In this document: positions 17,720 to 30,865 of the stretch, one piece after another | Position numbering within the stretch: position 1 is the stretch's first letter | How the letters are laid out: each line of letters begins with the position of its first letter | The notes under the pieces: model-generated | The model's database searches: none | What the model saw: the letters and a program-made list of their open reading frames with translations, nothing else | What the model was told of the DNA's origin: nothing | DNA from: Eledone cirrhosa | Lineage: Eukaryota | NCBI GenBank assembly: GCA_964016885.1 | Contig: OZ024764.1 | Span: 2,728,001-2,792,000, forward strand | Direction: 5' to 3' | DNA length: 64,000 bases | Position numbers and translations under genes: made by a program

Positions 17720-19026
17720 AAATAAAGGATTATGAGTTCATGCAATTGACTTATGTTTCGTCACTATATATATACATATATATATATATACATATATATA
17801 CATATATATATATACATATATATACACACATATATATATATATATATGGTGGCTGCCAACTCGTTTTCGAGTACGGCCACTACTTTATATCCATGTATGA
17901 GAACCCCTACCGATATACACACATATATATATACACACACATATATATACACACATATATACATACACATGTATATATACACATATATATATATACACAC
18001 ATATTTAATACAATAACAGAGATAGCTTAAAGCTAAACTCCGACTGGTAACCATCTCACTCAACAAACATTAGGTTATATGTTAGTATAAACCCAATTTA
18101 AGTGTTTGGGGTGCTAACTATATGTATTTTGTGGAAAGCCAGTTGTATTATTTCATGAGATATAATTAAAGTTAAAATATATCTCTCTTGTGTATATATA
18201 TATACACACACATATATATATATATACACACGTATATATACACACACATATATATACACACACATATATATATACACACGTATATATATACACACGTATA
18301 TATATACACACGTATATATATACACACGTATATATACACATATATATATATACACACACATATATACACACACATATATACACACACACATATATATATA
18401 TATACATATACATATATGTATATGTATATATATATAGAGAGAGAGAGAGAGGGTAGAAGAAAAAAGAGGGGGAAAAGCTAAGGGTTTAGCGGTTAATACC
18501 CACCCCACTCTCCACACGGAGGGGTTTATGGACGGGAGGGGGGATTGTATGAGGAGTGAAGAAGGGGGGTGGAATGTCCAAGCTTGAGAAACTCCCTCCG
18601 AAAGAACCAGGTGGGTAGCCCCCCCCGTCTTCCAAGGTGGGTGTGAGTCAGAAAGTGGGGCAAGAAGGGGTTGGATGGATGGCGAGGGTGTGGGGGGCGG
18701 GGATGCGAAAGGGGTCAAGCTTGAGAAAACCCCCGAAAATAATAGAACCCGTAGAAAAAATACAAAGGGTGGGTGGGTGTGGGGTGTGGTTAGGGGTCTC
18801 GTAAACCTGGAGGGGTGGGGTTTTAGGGGTCAAGTTTGACAAGTCCGAAAGGATTTGGGAGTTTGGATTTGGACAGGGGGGAGAGAGGGGGGAATGTAGT
18901 GGTAGGGTTTTGATTGAGTATGGGGCTAAGGACCACACAGAGGGTGGGATGTTTTAGGGGACAAGTTTGACAAGTCCAAATGATAAAAAAAAAAAAGGGG
19001 GAGTTCGGTCCCTGTCTTCTGTGGTC

Positions 19027-19168
19027 TCAAGCCTTGGTGGTTTTTAAAGCTTCGATCTCGGACATGAGGAGTTTCGTTATGGCGACACATCTTTCTGCCT
19101 CCTCTCCCCCGATTTGTGATAGGGCCTCGTGGGCCACCTGTCGCACCCCAAATACGGGGTCGTTTCGC
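19027..19168 (-). CDS. TIR gene last coding exon, HEAT repeat and stop (WRNDPVFGVRQVAHEALSQIGGEEAERCVAITKLLMSEIEALKTTKA*)
   Basis: Acceptor ctccatttcag|; phase-2 entry restores the W codon. DP..GVRQ.A..AL..IGG is a HEAT motif; TGA ends at 19027. Total CDS from ATG is 1320 nt, giving 439 aa. Confidence 0.9.
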
Positions 19169-19199
19169 CTGAAATGGAGAGAAAACAGGTTACAACCAC

Positions 19200-20478
19200 T
19201 TCCATCATACCACCATACCATCAACACAACCACCACCACCACCACACCACTGGTAACACCACCACCAACATAACAACACAACCACCACCACGACCACCAC
19301 TACACCACCACCACCACACCACCGTTAACAACACAACCACCACCACCACACCACCACCACCACCACCACCATACACCACCGTTAACACCGCCACCACCAT
19401 AACAACACAACCACCACCACCATACCACCACCACTACACCACCACCACCATAACAACACAACCACTACACCACAACCACAACCACCACTACACCACCACA
19501 CCACCACCAGCACTACACCACCGTTAACACCACCACCACTACACCACTGTCACCACCACTACACCACCACCACACCACCACCACCACCACCACTACACCA
19601 CCACCACCATAACAACACAACCACCACCACCACCACCATACCACCACCACCACCACTACCACCACCACCACCATAACAACACAACCACTACACCACAACC
19701 ACCACTACACCACCACACCACCACCGTTACCACCACCACTACACCACTGTCACCACCTCTACACCACTACCACCATCACCACCACCACTCCACCACCACC
19801 ATAACAACACAACCACCACCACCACCACTACACCACCACCATACCAGCACTACACCACCATCACCACCACCACCAGCACTACACCACCGTTAACACCACC
19901 ACCACTCCACCACTGTCACCACCACCCCACCACCACTCCACCACCACCAACACCACCATATCACCACCATCACCACCACCACACCACCACCACCACCACC
20001 ACACCACCATACCAGCACTACACCACCATCACCACCAGCACTACACCACCACCACCACCACCACCACCATATCACCACCACCACTCCACCACTACACCAC
20101 CACCACCACCACCACTATCACCACCACCATCACCACCACCACTCCACCACTCCACCACCACCACCACCACCACTACAACCATATCACCACCATCACCACC
20201 ACCACTCCACCACACCACCACCACTACACCACCACCACCACCACACCACCACCACTACACCACCACTCCACCACTCCACCACCACTCCACCACCACCACC
20301 ACCACCACCACTACCACCATATCACCACCATCACCACCACCACTCCACCACACCACCACCACTACACCACCACCACCACCACCACACCACCACTCCACCA
20401 CTACCACCATCACCACCATCACAACCACCACTCCACCACACCACCACCACACCACCACCACCACCACTACACCACCAC
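19200..20478. repeat. (CAC)n-rich low-complexity repeat filling intron 6
   Basis: Direct inspection. Confidence 0.9.
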
Positions 20479-20482
20479 TTAC

Positions 20483-20621
20483 CATCTATCTATAATGGCC
20501 TGCACACAACTCCGGTCCTTCAGTTTCCCAAGAGACAACACAGCGCTCTCCCTCACAATTCGGTCCTTATCTCGTAACATTGGTAGGATTTTCTCTGTTG
20601 TCTCCCTCTTGGTCCCTTTAC
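20483..20621 (-). CDS. TIR gene exon 6, HEAT repeat (GKGTKRETTEKILPMLRDKDRIVRESAVLSLGKLKDRSCVQAIIDR)
   Basis: Acceptor tttgttgctag| and donor TG|gtaagt; 139 nt, phase 1 to 2. LxDxDxxVRxxAxxxLGKL matches the HEAT consensus. Confidence 0.9.
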
Positions 20622-20641
20622 CTAGCAACAAATACATCAGA

Positions 20642-23600
20642 AGGGCACATTAGATAATGTAGTCCTAGGTACACTGTGTCTGTATATAAGACAGAACACA
20701 TTAGATAATGTAGTCCTAGGTACACCATGTCTGTATATAAGACAGGACACATTAGATAATGTAGTCCTAGATACACTGTGTCTGTATATTAGACAGGACA
20801 CATTAGATAATGTAGTCCTAGATACACTGTGTCTGTATATAAGACAGGACACATTAGATAATGTAGTCCTAGGTACACTGTGTCTGTATATAAGACAGGA
20901 CACATTAGATAATGTAGTCCTAGGTACACTGTGTCTGTATATAAGACAGGACACATTAGATAATGTAGTCCTAGGTACACCACATCTGTATATAAGACAG
21001 GGCACATTAGATAGTGTAGTCCTAGATACACTGTCTGTATATAAGACAGGACACATTAGATAATGTAGTCCTAGATACAATGTGTCTGTATATAAGACAG
21101 GACACATTAGATAATGTAGTCTTAGGTAGACTGTGTCTGTATATAAGACAGGACACATTAGATAATGTAGTCTTAGGTAGACTTTGTCTGTATATAAGAC
21201 AGGACACATTAGATAAGGTAGTCCTAGATACACTGTGTCTGTATATAAGACAGGACACATTAGATAATGTAGTCCTAGGTACACTGTGTCTGTATATAAG
21301 ACAGGACACAATAGATAATGTAGTCCTAGATACACTGTGTCTGTATATAAGACAGGACACATTAGATAATGTAGTCCTAGGTACACTGTGTCTGTATATA
21401 AGACAGGACACATTAGATAATGTAGTCCTAGGTACACCACATCTGTATATAAGACAGGGCACATTAGATAATGTAGTCCTAGGTACACTGTCTGTATATA
21501 AGACAGGACACATTAGATAATGTAGTCTTAGGTACACCACATCTGTATATAAGACAGGGCACATTAGATAATATAGTCCTAGATACACTGTGTCTGTATA
21601 TAAGACAGGACACATTAGATAATGTAGTCCTAGGTACACTGTGTCTGTATATAAGACAGGACACATTAGATAATGTAGTCCTAGATGCACTGTGTCTGTA
21701 TATAAGACAGGACACATTAGATAATGTAGTCCTAGGTACACTGTGTCTGTATATAAGACAGGACACATTAGATAATGTAGTCCTAGATGCACTGTGTCTG
21801 TATATAAGACAGGACACATTAGATAATATAGTCCTAGATACACTGTGTCTGTATATAAGACAGGACACATTAGATAATGTAGTCCTAGGTACACTGTGTC
21901 TGTATATAAGACAGGACACATTAGATAATGTAGTCCTAGGTACACTGTGTCTGTATATAAGACAGGACACATAAGATAATGTAGTCTTAGGTAGACTGTG
22001 TCTGTATATAAGACAGGACATTAGATAGTGTAGTCCTAGATAGACTGTGTCTGTATATAAGACAAGACACATTAGATAATGTAGTCCTAGGTACACTGTG
22101 TCTGTATATAAGACAGGACACATTAGATAGTGTAGTCCTAGATACACTGTGTCTGTATATAAGACAGGACACATTAGATAATGTAGTCCTAGATAGACTG
22201 TGTCTGTATATAAGACAGGACAAATTAGATAATATAGTCCTAGATAGACTGTGTCTGTATATAAGACAGGACACATTAGATAATATAGTCCTAGATGCAC
22301 TGTGTCTGTATATAAGACAGGACACATTAGATAATGTAGTCCTAGATACACTGTGTCTGTATATAAGACAAGACACATTAGATAATGTAGTCCTAGGTAC
22401 ACTGTGTCTGTATATAAGACAAGACACATTAGATAAAGTAGTCCTAGGTACACTGTGTCGGTATATAAGACAGAACACATTAGATAATATAGTCCTAGAT
22501 ACACTGTGTCTGTATATAAGACAGGACACATTAGATAATGTAGTCCTAGATAGACTGTGTCTGTATATAAGACAGGACACATTAGATAATGTAGTCCTAG
22601 ATGCACTGTGTCTGTATATAAGACAGGACACATTAGATAATGTAGTCCTAGATACACTGTGTCTGTATATAAGACAAGACACATTAGATAATGTAGTCCT
22701 AGGTACACTGTGTCTGTATATAAGACAGGACACATTAGATAATGTAGTCCTAGGTACACTGTGTCTGTATATAAGACAGGACACATTAGATAATGTAGTC
22801 CTAGGTACACTGTGTCTGTATATAAGACAGGACACATTAGATAATGTAGTCCTAGGTACACCACATCTGTATATAAGACAGGGCACATTAGATAGTGTAG
22901 TCCTAGATACACTGTCTGTATATAAGACAGGACACATTAGATAATGTAGTCCTAGATACAATGTGTCTGTATATAAGACAGGACACATTAGATAATGTAG
23001 TCTTAGGTAGACTGTGTCTGTATATAAGACAGGACACATTAGATAATGTAGTCTTAGGTAGACTTTGTCTGTATATAAGACAGGACACATTAGATAAGGT
23101 AGTCCTAGATACACTGTGTCTGTATATAAGACAGGACACATTAGATAATGTAGTCCTAGGTACACTGTGTCTGTATATAAGACAGGACACAATAGATAAT
23201 GTAGTCCTAGATACACTGTGTCTGTATATAAGACAGGACACATTAGATAATGTAGTCCTAGGTACACTGTGTCTGTATATAAGACAGGACACATTAGATA
23301 ATGTAGTCCTAGGTACACCACATCTGTATATAAGACAGGGCACATTAGATAATGTAGTCCTAGGTACACTGTCTGTATATAAGACAGGACACATTAGATA
23401 ATGTAGTCTTAGGTACACCACATCTGTATATAAGACAGGGCACATTAGATAATATAGTCCTAGATACACTGTGTCTGTATATATGACAGGACACATTAGA
23501 TAATGTAGTCCTAGGTACACTGTGTCTGTATATAAGACAGGACACATTAGATAATGTAGTCCTAGATGCACTGTGTCTGTATATAAGACAGGACACATTA

Positions 23601-26089
23601 GATAATGTAGTCCTAGGTACACTGTGTCTGTATATAAGACAGGACACATTAGATAATGTAGTCCTAGATGCACTGTGTCTGTATATAAGACAGGACACAT
23701 TAGATAATATAGTCCTAGATACACTGTGTCTGTATATAAGACAGGACACATTAGATAATGTAGTCCTAGGTACACTGTGTCTGTATATAAGACAGGACAC
23801 ATTAGATAATGTAGTCCTAGGTACACTGTGTCTGTATATAAGACAGGACACATAAGATAATGTAGTCCTAGGTAGACTGTGTCTGTATATAAGACAGGAC
23901 ATTAGATAGTGTAGTCCTAGATAGACTGTGTCTGTATATAAGACAAGACACATTAGATAATGTAGTCCTAGGTACACTGTGTCTGTATATAAGACAGGAC
24001 ACATTAGATAGTGTAGTCCTAGATACACTGTGTCTGTATATAAGACAGGACACATTAGATAATGTAGTCCTAGATAGACTGTGTCTGTATATAAGACAGG
24101 ACACATTAGATAATATAGTCCTAGATAGACTGTGTCTGTATATAAGACAGGACACATTAGATAATATAGTCCTAGATGCACTGTGTCTGTATATAAGACA
24201 GGACACATTAGATAATGTAGTCCTAGATACACTGTGTCTGTATATAAGACAAGACACATTAGATAATGTAGTCCTAGGTACACTGTGTCTGTATATAAGA
24301 CAAGACACATTAGATAAAGTAGTCCTAGGTACACTGTGTCGGTATATAAGACAGAACACATTAGATAATATAGTCCTAGATACACTGTGTCTGTATATAA
24401 GACAGGACACATTAGATAATGTAGTCCTAGATAGACTGTGTCTGTATATAAGACAGGACACATTAGATAATGTAGTCCTAGATGCACTGTGTCTGTATAT
24501 AAGACAGGACACATTAGATAATTTAGTCCTAGATACACTGTGCCTGTATATAAGACAGGACACATTAGATAATGTAGTCCTAGATGCACTGTGTCTGTAT
24601 ATAAGACAGGACACATTAGATAATGTAGTCCTAGATGCACTGTGTCTGTATATAAGACAGGACACATTAGATAATGTAGTCCTAGGTACACTGTGTCTGT
24701 ATATAAGACAGGACACATTAGATAATGTAGTCCTAGATGCACTGTGTCTGTATATAAGACAGGACACATTAGATAATGTAGTCCTAGATACACTGTGCCT
24801 GTATATAAGACAGGACACATTAGATAATGTAGTCCTAGGTACACTGTGTCTGTATATAAGACAGGACACATTAGATAATGTAGTCCTAGATGCACTGTGT
24901 CTGTATATAAGACAGGACACATTAGATAATGTAGTCCTAGATACACTGTGCCTGTATATAAGACAGGACACATTAGATAATGTAGTCCTAGGTACACTGT
25001 GTCTGTATATAAGACAGGACACATTAGATAGTGTAGTCCTAGATACACTGTGTCTGTATATAAGACAGGACACATTAGATAATGTAGTCCTAGATAGACT
25101 GTGTCTGTATATAAGACAGGACACATTAGATAATATAGTCCTAGATAGACTGTGTCTGTATATAAGACAGGACACATTAGATAATGTAGTCCTAGGTACA
25201 CTGTGTCTGTATATAAGACAGGACACATTAGATAGTGTAGTCCTAGATAGACTGTGTCTGTATATAAGACAGGACACATTAGATAGTGTAGTCCTAGATA
25301 CACTGTGTCTGTATATAAGACAGGACACATTAGATAATGTAGTCCTAGATACACTGTGTCTGTATATAAGACAGGACACATTAGATAGTGTAGTCCTAGA
25401 TACACTGTGTCTGTATATAAGACAGGACACATTAGATAATATAGTCCTAGATACACTGTGTCTGTTTATAAGACAGGACACATTAGATAATGTAGTCCTA
25501 GGTACACTGTGTCTGTATATAAGACAGGACACATTAGATAATGTAGTCCTAGGTACACTGTGTCTGTATATAAGACAGGACACATTAGATAATGTAGTCC
25601 TAGATGCACTGTGTCTGTATATAAGACAGGACACATTAGATAATGTAGTCCTAGATACACTGTGCCTGTATATAAGACAGGACACATTAGATAATGTAGT
25701 CCTAGGTACACTGTGTCTGTATATAAGACAGGACACATTAGATAGTGTAGTCCTAGATACACTGTGTCTGTATATAAGACAGGACACATTAGATAATGTA
25801 GTCCTAGATAGACTGTGTCTGTATATAAGACAGGACACATTAGATAATATAGTCCTAGATAGACTGTGTCTGTATATAAGACAGGACACATTAGATAATG
25901 TAGTCCTAGGTACACTGTGTCTGTATATAAGACAGGACACATTAGATAGTGTAGTCCTAGATAGACTGTGTCTGTATATAAGACAGGACACATTAGATAA
26001 TGTAGTCCTAGGTACACTGTGTCTGTATATAAGACAGGACACATTAGATAATGTAGTCCTAGATACACTGTGTCTGTATATAAGACAGG
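20642..26089. repeat. 51-bp minisatellite, about 107 copies, with a 1881-bp higher-order duplication
   Basis: 17-aa periodic ORFs. ORFs 21022..21972 and 22903..23853 are near-identical at offset 1881. Confidence 0.95.
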
Positions 26090-26166
26090 ATGGTCACAGC
26101 TGGAACATCTTTGATCATAGGTCTGCTGGATCAGGTCAATGTAAAAATATTAAAAAACTTTAATAT

Positions 26167-26362
26167 TTAACCCTTTAGCATTTAAACCAACCGCATCCGG
26201 CCGGAATTCTCTCACCTCTTTCTGTTCAAACTGGCCATAACCAGCCACTCATACTGATGTAAATAACATCAAAATCTTGTAGATTCAATATTATGTGAGA
26301 TAAAGCATTTGACACAAAAATACACTAGTATATATAGAATAATGTAAATGATAAAGAGTTAA
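26167..26362 (+). mobile_element. piggyBac-like MITE
   Basis: TTAA-CCCTTTAGCATTTA ... TAAATGATAAAGAG-TTAA: terminal inverted repeats flanked by TTAA. Confidence 0.6.
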
Positions 26363-26607
26363 TGTGATGTAGTCATAGTGTTGTTTTGTACTAAATGTTT
26401 ATAGTATCTTTACTGGTGGACAGATTGTTGTGAAAATTTATAGTATTACAGTAAAGACTTTAATATTTAATGTGATGTAGTCATAGTGTTGTTTTGTACT
26501 AAATGTTTATAGTATCTTTACTGGTGGACAGATTGTTGTGAAAATTTATAGTATTACAGTAAAGACTTTAATATTTAATGTGATGTAGTCATAGTGTTGT
26601 TTTGTAG
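26361..26607. repeat. 108-bp tandem duplication (about 2.3 copies)
   Basis: AATGTGATGTAGTCATAGTG recurs at 26361, 26469 and 26577. Confidence 0.85.
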
Positions 26608-26680
26608 TTTTCAAGAGTGTCTTAATGTGGTACAGGACTTTGGAGGTTAATAAGATGAGATGATGAAGGTTCATAGTTAC

Positions 26681-26782
26681 CAGCTTTGGCGAGAGCAATG
26701 GTGGCCACAGCACGGATGTTGGGGTCAGATTCATGGAGCATATCTTCAAGGAAATGTAAGACAGCTGGGGAGGAGTAAGCAC
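26681..26782 (-). CDS. TIR gene exon 5, HEAT repeat (GAYSSPAVLHFLEDMLHESDPNIRAVATIALAKA)
   Basis: Acceptor tcccttcag| and donor G|gtaact; 102 nt, phase 1 to 1. L..DPNIRAVA..AL matches the HEAT/PBS-lyase pattern. Confidence 0.88.
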
Positions 26783-27122
26783 CTGAAGGGATAGAATTAG
26801 AAATATAAGATAAACAGTGCGAAGGAGGAGGAAGAGAGGAAAAAATGAGAAAAAAAATGAGAAAAAAAACGAGAAAAAAAATGAGAAAAAAATGAGAAAA
26901 AAAATGAGAAAAAAAATGAAAAAAAAAACAGTTGTATATTTAGTGAGACATTTTGGAGATTATATATAAACTAGGTGGCCCTCTGCTGTTAACAATGACA
27001 GCTAAAGGGGCTGATGTGTATTGGTATATACCTTTCAACTGGGGTGGGTTTATATTCTTGATAATTCTATTTTATTTCAATATTGCTGAGGTCTTGGCTT
27101 CTTGGACAACACATACACTCAT

Positions 27123-27211
<89 letters not shown>

Positions 27212-27230
27212 GATACATATATATATATAT

Positions 27231-27279
<49 letters not shown>

Positions 27280-28522
27280 CATATATATATACACACACAT
27301 ACATATATATATACACACACATACATATATATATACACACACATACATATATATACACACAGATACATATATATACACACAGATACATATATATATACAC
27401 ACACATACATATATATATACACACACATACATATATATATACACACAGATACATATATATATACACACACATACATATATATACACAGATACATATATAT
27501 ATACACACATACAAAAAAGAAGATCTTACGTCTACCTTTGCAAGCAGGGGTTACCCATTACAAAATCGGCAAGTGGGGTGTTATAGCCCTAGTTTCTTTA
27601 GTATTTTGGCCCCTCACTTGTTGACCCGTCACCGTAAGATATACTCGGTTTACTACTTATACCTCTTAAAAGGGTCTCATTATAATTCCGTCCCACCTAG
27701 TAACCCTTTCTTTAGCCTAGCAGTACCAGTGAGAGACTTGATGGCTGTCCTTAGGTCGTAGTAACCAGAAATTGTTTGTTTTTTTTGTGTTCTTTTTTAC
27801 ATTTAATTGCTTTTTAACACTCTCGGTATTTTTCTATATATTTACCCCATATTGTTTTACTTATTGTTTCGACTTCCTCCCCCTCCCCCTCCCTAGTATC
27901 TTCTTTGACCTCATGCCCAGCTGTAGTCGGCACTATCAACGCATGACTGGGTCTCCTCCACCCCCTCTCCCTCTTTCTCCTACTGGCAGGTTCAGCTACC
28001 CCTTCCCTCCACAAATTGCCATGATAGAATTATTATGTCTCAACAACAAACTTTTGACCAATCCTTGTGACAATCACTTTTACCATATATGGAATTACCC
28101 CTTGAGAAGCTCGGCTATTCAAATACCAGGATAAAAATTTTCCTTTAGTCCAGAATTAGCCGTCGAAACGGCTTGAGCTCAGCCGTCGGGGTCCTACTCG
28201 TTCCTATTACCCACTCTACTACCCTAAGTATTGAGTACTTTGGTGCATTATGGTCCACCTGGTTCCTTACCACATTTCCTCCCCATATATATATATATAT
28301 ATATAGGGAATGTTATGTCCAGTTACTGTAGGTTCACCAGAGTGACCATTTGATGCGTAGTTTCCAGTCGGTAAAGAGGCGTAGAACTAAGCAGAGTGTA
28401 GATATAATAAAAAGAACGATTTGTTGTTTTCATTATTCATATAGTTTAGGGCCTGACAAGGTGAAAGTCCAGCCCAGGCTGAACTTATATTGTTAATAAG
28501 AAAAATATGTTCATCCACCTAC

Positions 28523-29130
28523 CGAGATTCTCTATGGCGGTCAGCCTATGTTGGCTGTCCATATTAAAAACCTGCTTCATGGCATGGTAGCCAACAGCGT
28601 ACTGTTGAAGTTTGTTGTAGAAGGAGTCAGAATCTCCGTTCTCGCTCTGACAAAACTGGTCGAAAACCTCTCGTTCAAGTGCCTGTTCACAGTGGAAAAT
28701 ATCCCGAAAGATCATATTGATGAAGAAGGCTAGCTTGCTGTAGGAATACTTTGATGAGATCTGTTCCTCGTAGTCAATCAGAAAGCAATGTTTGAATATA
28801 TCCCAGCTGATGCTGGTCTCCTCGGCGAAATGTCGATCCCAGAAATTTGAGTCAACTTCCGCGTCACTGTGGCAATCGGAGTCATCCGACTCAACACCGT
28901 CTCTATACTTGCCTAAGCTCGTGCTTTCCTTAATCACAGAGTTCTGTCGAAATAGCATGGCAAACTTGCTGGCATTCGGAGAGCTGCCACCTGGGCTCTT
29001 TGTGATGTTGCGTAATGGTGCTATCTTGTACATGTCGGCCTTGATGCTGCCAATGAGGATACGGAACTTCTTCTCAAAGTTATCTGCTTTTCCAAAGAAA
29101 CACCAGTTCAGTTTTGACAACATCAACTTC
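28523..29130 (-). CDS. TIR gene exon 4: TIR C-terminus, acidic linker, EF-hand-like region, start of HEAT region
   Basis: Lies within track ORF 28485..29213. Acceptor tctttcaacag| and donor G|gtaggt; 608 nt, phase 2 to 1. Normal-complexity protein sequence. Confidence 0.92.
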
Positions 29131-29252
29131 CTGTTGAAAGACCAACAGAAAAAAAATATTAGATACAAACTGTTTGGGGTTTCATTGACAAACAACGATT
29201 GCAGGGAAGACATTAGATGATCATCATCATCATGATATATGTAATATATATA

Positions 29253-29475
29253 TAGTTATGTAATAAACAACATAAGGCAATTATTCCATTTACCAGTGGT
29301 GCAAAAAATTTTGCTTTCAATCATCAGAATGAAAAAATCCTGGTGTATTTATTGATATTGGATTCAATAAATACACCAGGATTTTTTCATTCTGATGATT
29401 GAAAGCAAAATTTTTTGCTTTTAAGAAACCACTGGTAAATGGAATAATTGCCTTACGTTGTTTATTACATAACTA
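29253..29475. mobile_element. Foldback element with hammerhead, intron 3
   Basis: Arms of about 100-110 bp around an 8-nt loop; the left arm lacks 9 nt. Confidence 0.7.
29386..29443 (+). ncRNA. Minimal type I hammerhead ribozyme in foldback
   Basis: Stem I TTCATT/AATGGA; CTGATGA; stem II TTGAAAGCAAAA..TTTTGCTTTTAA; GAA; stem III ACCA-C-TGGT; GUA cleavage after 29437. Confidence 0.78.
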
Positions 29476-29580
29476 TTAAGCTCTGTTACCTACATAGAGT
29501 ACTCTTTTTTCCTGGACTTTTCCAACGGAATTACTTCATATATATATATATATATATAAAATTAGAATTGGTGCTCTGAA

Positions 29581-29876
29581 ATAGCTATATATATATATGA
29601 ATGTATATATAGTGTATTTTGCAATACACTGTATGCTTAATTAAAAGCATTTCGAAGACCTTATGCTATTGTTTTAGAGTAGTGACAGACTCACTAACTT
29701 TAATTTCAGCAAACAGGGGGAGATAAAGCTTTATCTCCCCCTGTTTGCTGAAATTAAAGTTAGTGAGTCTGTCACTACTCTAAAACAATAGCATAAGGTC
29801 TTCGAAATGCTTTTAATTAAGCATACAGTGTATTGCAAAATACACTATATATACATTCATATATATATATAGCTAT
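29581..29876. repeat. Perfect 296-bp palindrome with no spacer (centre AAG|CTT at 29728/29729)
   Basis: Arms read as exact reverse complements by eye; flanked by (TA)n. Confidence 0.85.
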
Positions 29877-29908
29877 ATATAATATATCTGTATATATATA
29901 TATCTATA

Positions 29909-30451
29909 TCATCATCATCATCATTTTACGTCCGCTTTTCCCTACTTGCAAGGGTGGGACATCCTGTTGTGGGCAATGCCAGGTCGGGTGACCTTGTCTT
30001 GCTCATACGGTAACTGATTCTGGCTTGATTTCTACAGCTGGATGCCCTTCCTAACACCAACCTCATTTACAGTGAGTGCTGGGTGCTTTTTTGCCGTGGC
30101 ACCTCCACGACCACTTTGCAGTGGAATGATAGGGACCCCAGTCCCTATCATCTCATTTCTACAGCTCAGTAAACTGGAGCAATGTGAAATAAAGTGTCTT
30201 GCTCAAGGAAACAACACATCACCCGGTCCGAGTATTGAACTCACAACCTTTCGATTAGAAGCCCATATATATATATATATATATATGCCCCCCCCCTCCC
30301 ACTGCAAAGTGAACGTGGAGGTGCCACTCAAAAAAGCACCCAGCACTCACTGTAAATGAGGTTGGTGTTAGGAAGGGCATCCAGCTGTAGAAATCAAGCC
30401 AGAATCAGTTCCCGTATGAGCAAGACAAGGTCACCCGACCTGGCATTGTCC

Positions 30452-30457
<6 letters not shown>
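29909..30457 (-). mobile_element. SINE family B copy (29909-30263) with an inverted partial duplicate (about 30299-30457)
   Basis: Matches family B. The second piece is the reverse complement of about 29967-30122. Confidence 0.72.
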
Positions 30458-30489
<32 letters not shown>

Positions 30490-30612
30490 GGAGGTGAGTT
30501 TTATTTTAGTACAATAAAGCAATGCAGATATCGGATAAGAAGCACTCTACAGTTTGTAGGACTGGAGTATACATAATATATAAGAACAAAAGATGGTTAA
30601 ATGAGTTCCATG

Positions 30613-30683
30613 TATTTTATTATGCGCATTTCAAAAACAAATATCATCATGCAATAACATTTGTGTTTTCATCAGATAAAATA
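30613..30683 (-). ncRNA. Same hammerhead in left arm of foldback (sense to the TIR gene pre-mRNA)
   Basis: Reverse complement of 30795-30865 with the core intact. Confidence 0.78.
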
Positions 30684-30794
30684 GGAAGACATGATATGAA
30701 GGTTAAACACACTTGTGGATAGTGCAGTTTTAAATCAACATATCACTAACTTCACTATCCACAAGTGTTTTTTAACCTTCATATCATGTCTCCC

Positions 30795-30865
30795 TATTTT
30801 ATCTGATGAAAACACAAATGTTATTGCATGATGATATTTGTTTTTGAAATGCGCATAATAAAATA
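30795..30865 (+). ncRNA. Minimal type I hammerhead ribozyme in right arm of foldback
   Basis: Stem I TATTTTAT/ATAAAATA; CTGATGA; long stem II; GAA; palindromic stem III ATGCGCAT; AUA cleavage after 30857. Confidence 0.8.

Noticed and set aside
19129-19527. His/Pro/Thr-rich plus-strand ORF
   Set aside because: Translation of the (CAC)n repeat in intron 6.
20637-26068. Repetitive ORFs of 300-720 aa (YLGLHYLMCPVLYTDTV)n
   Set aside because: The 51-bp unit is a multiple of 3 and open in several frames. Frame-breaking indels occur freely, and the array lies in an intron.
28792-29220. Plus-strand 142-aa ORF
   Set aside because: Antisense shadow of exon 4.
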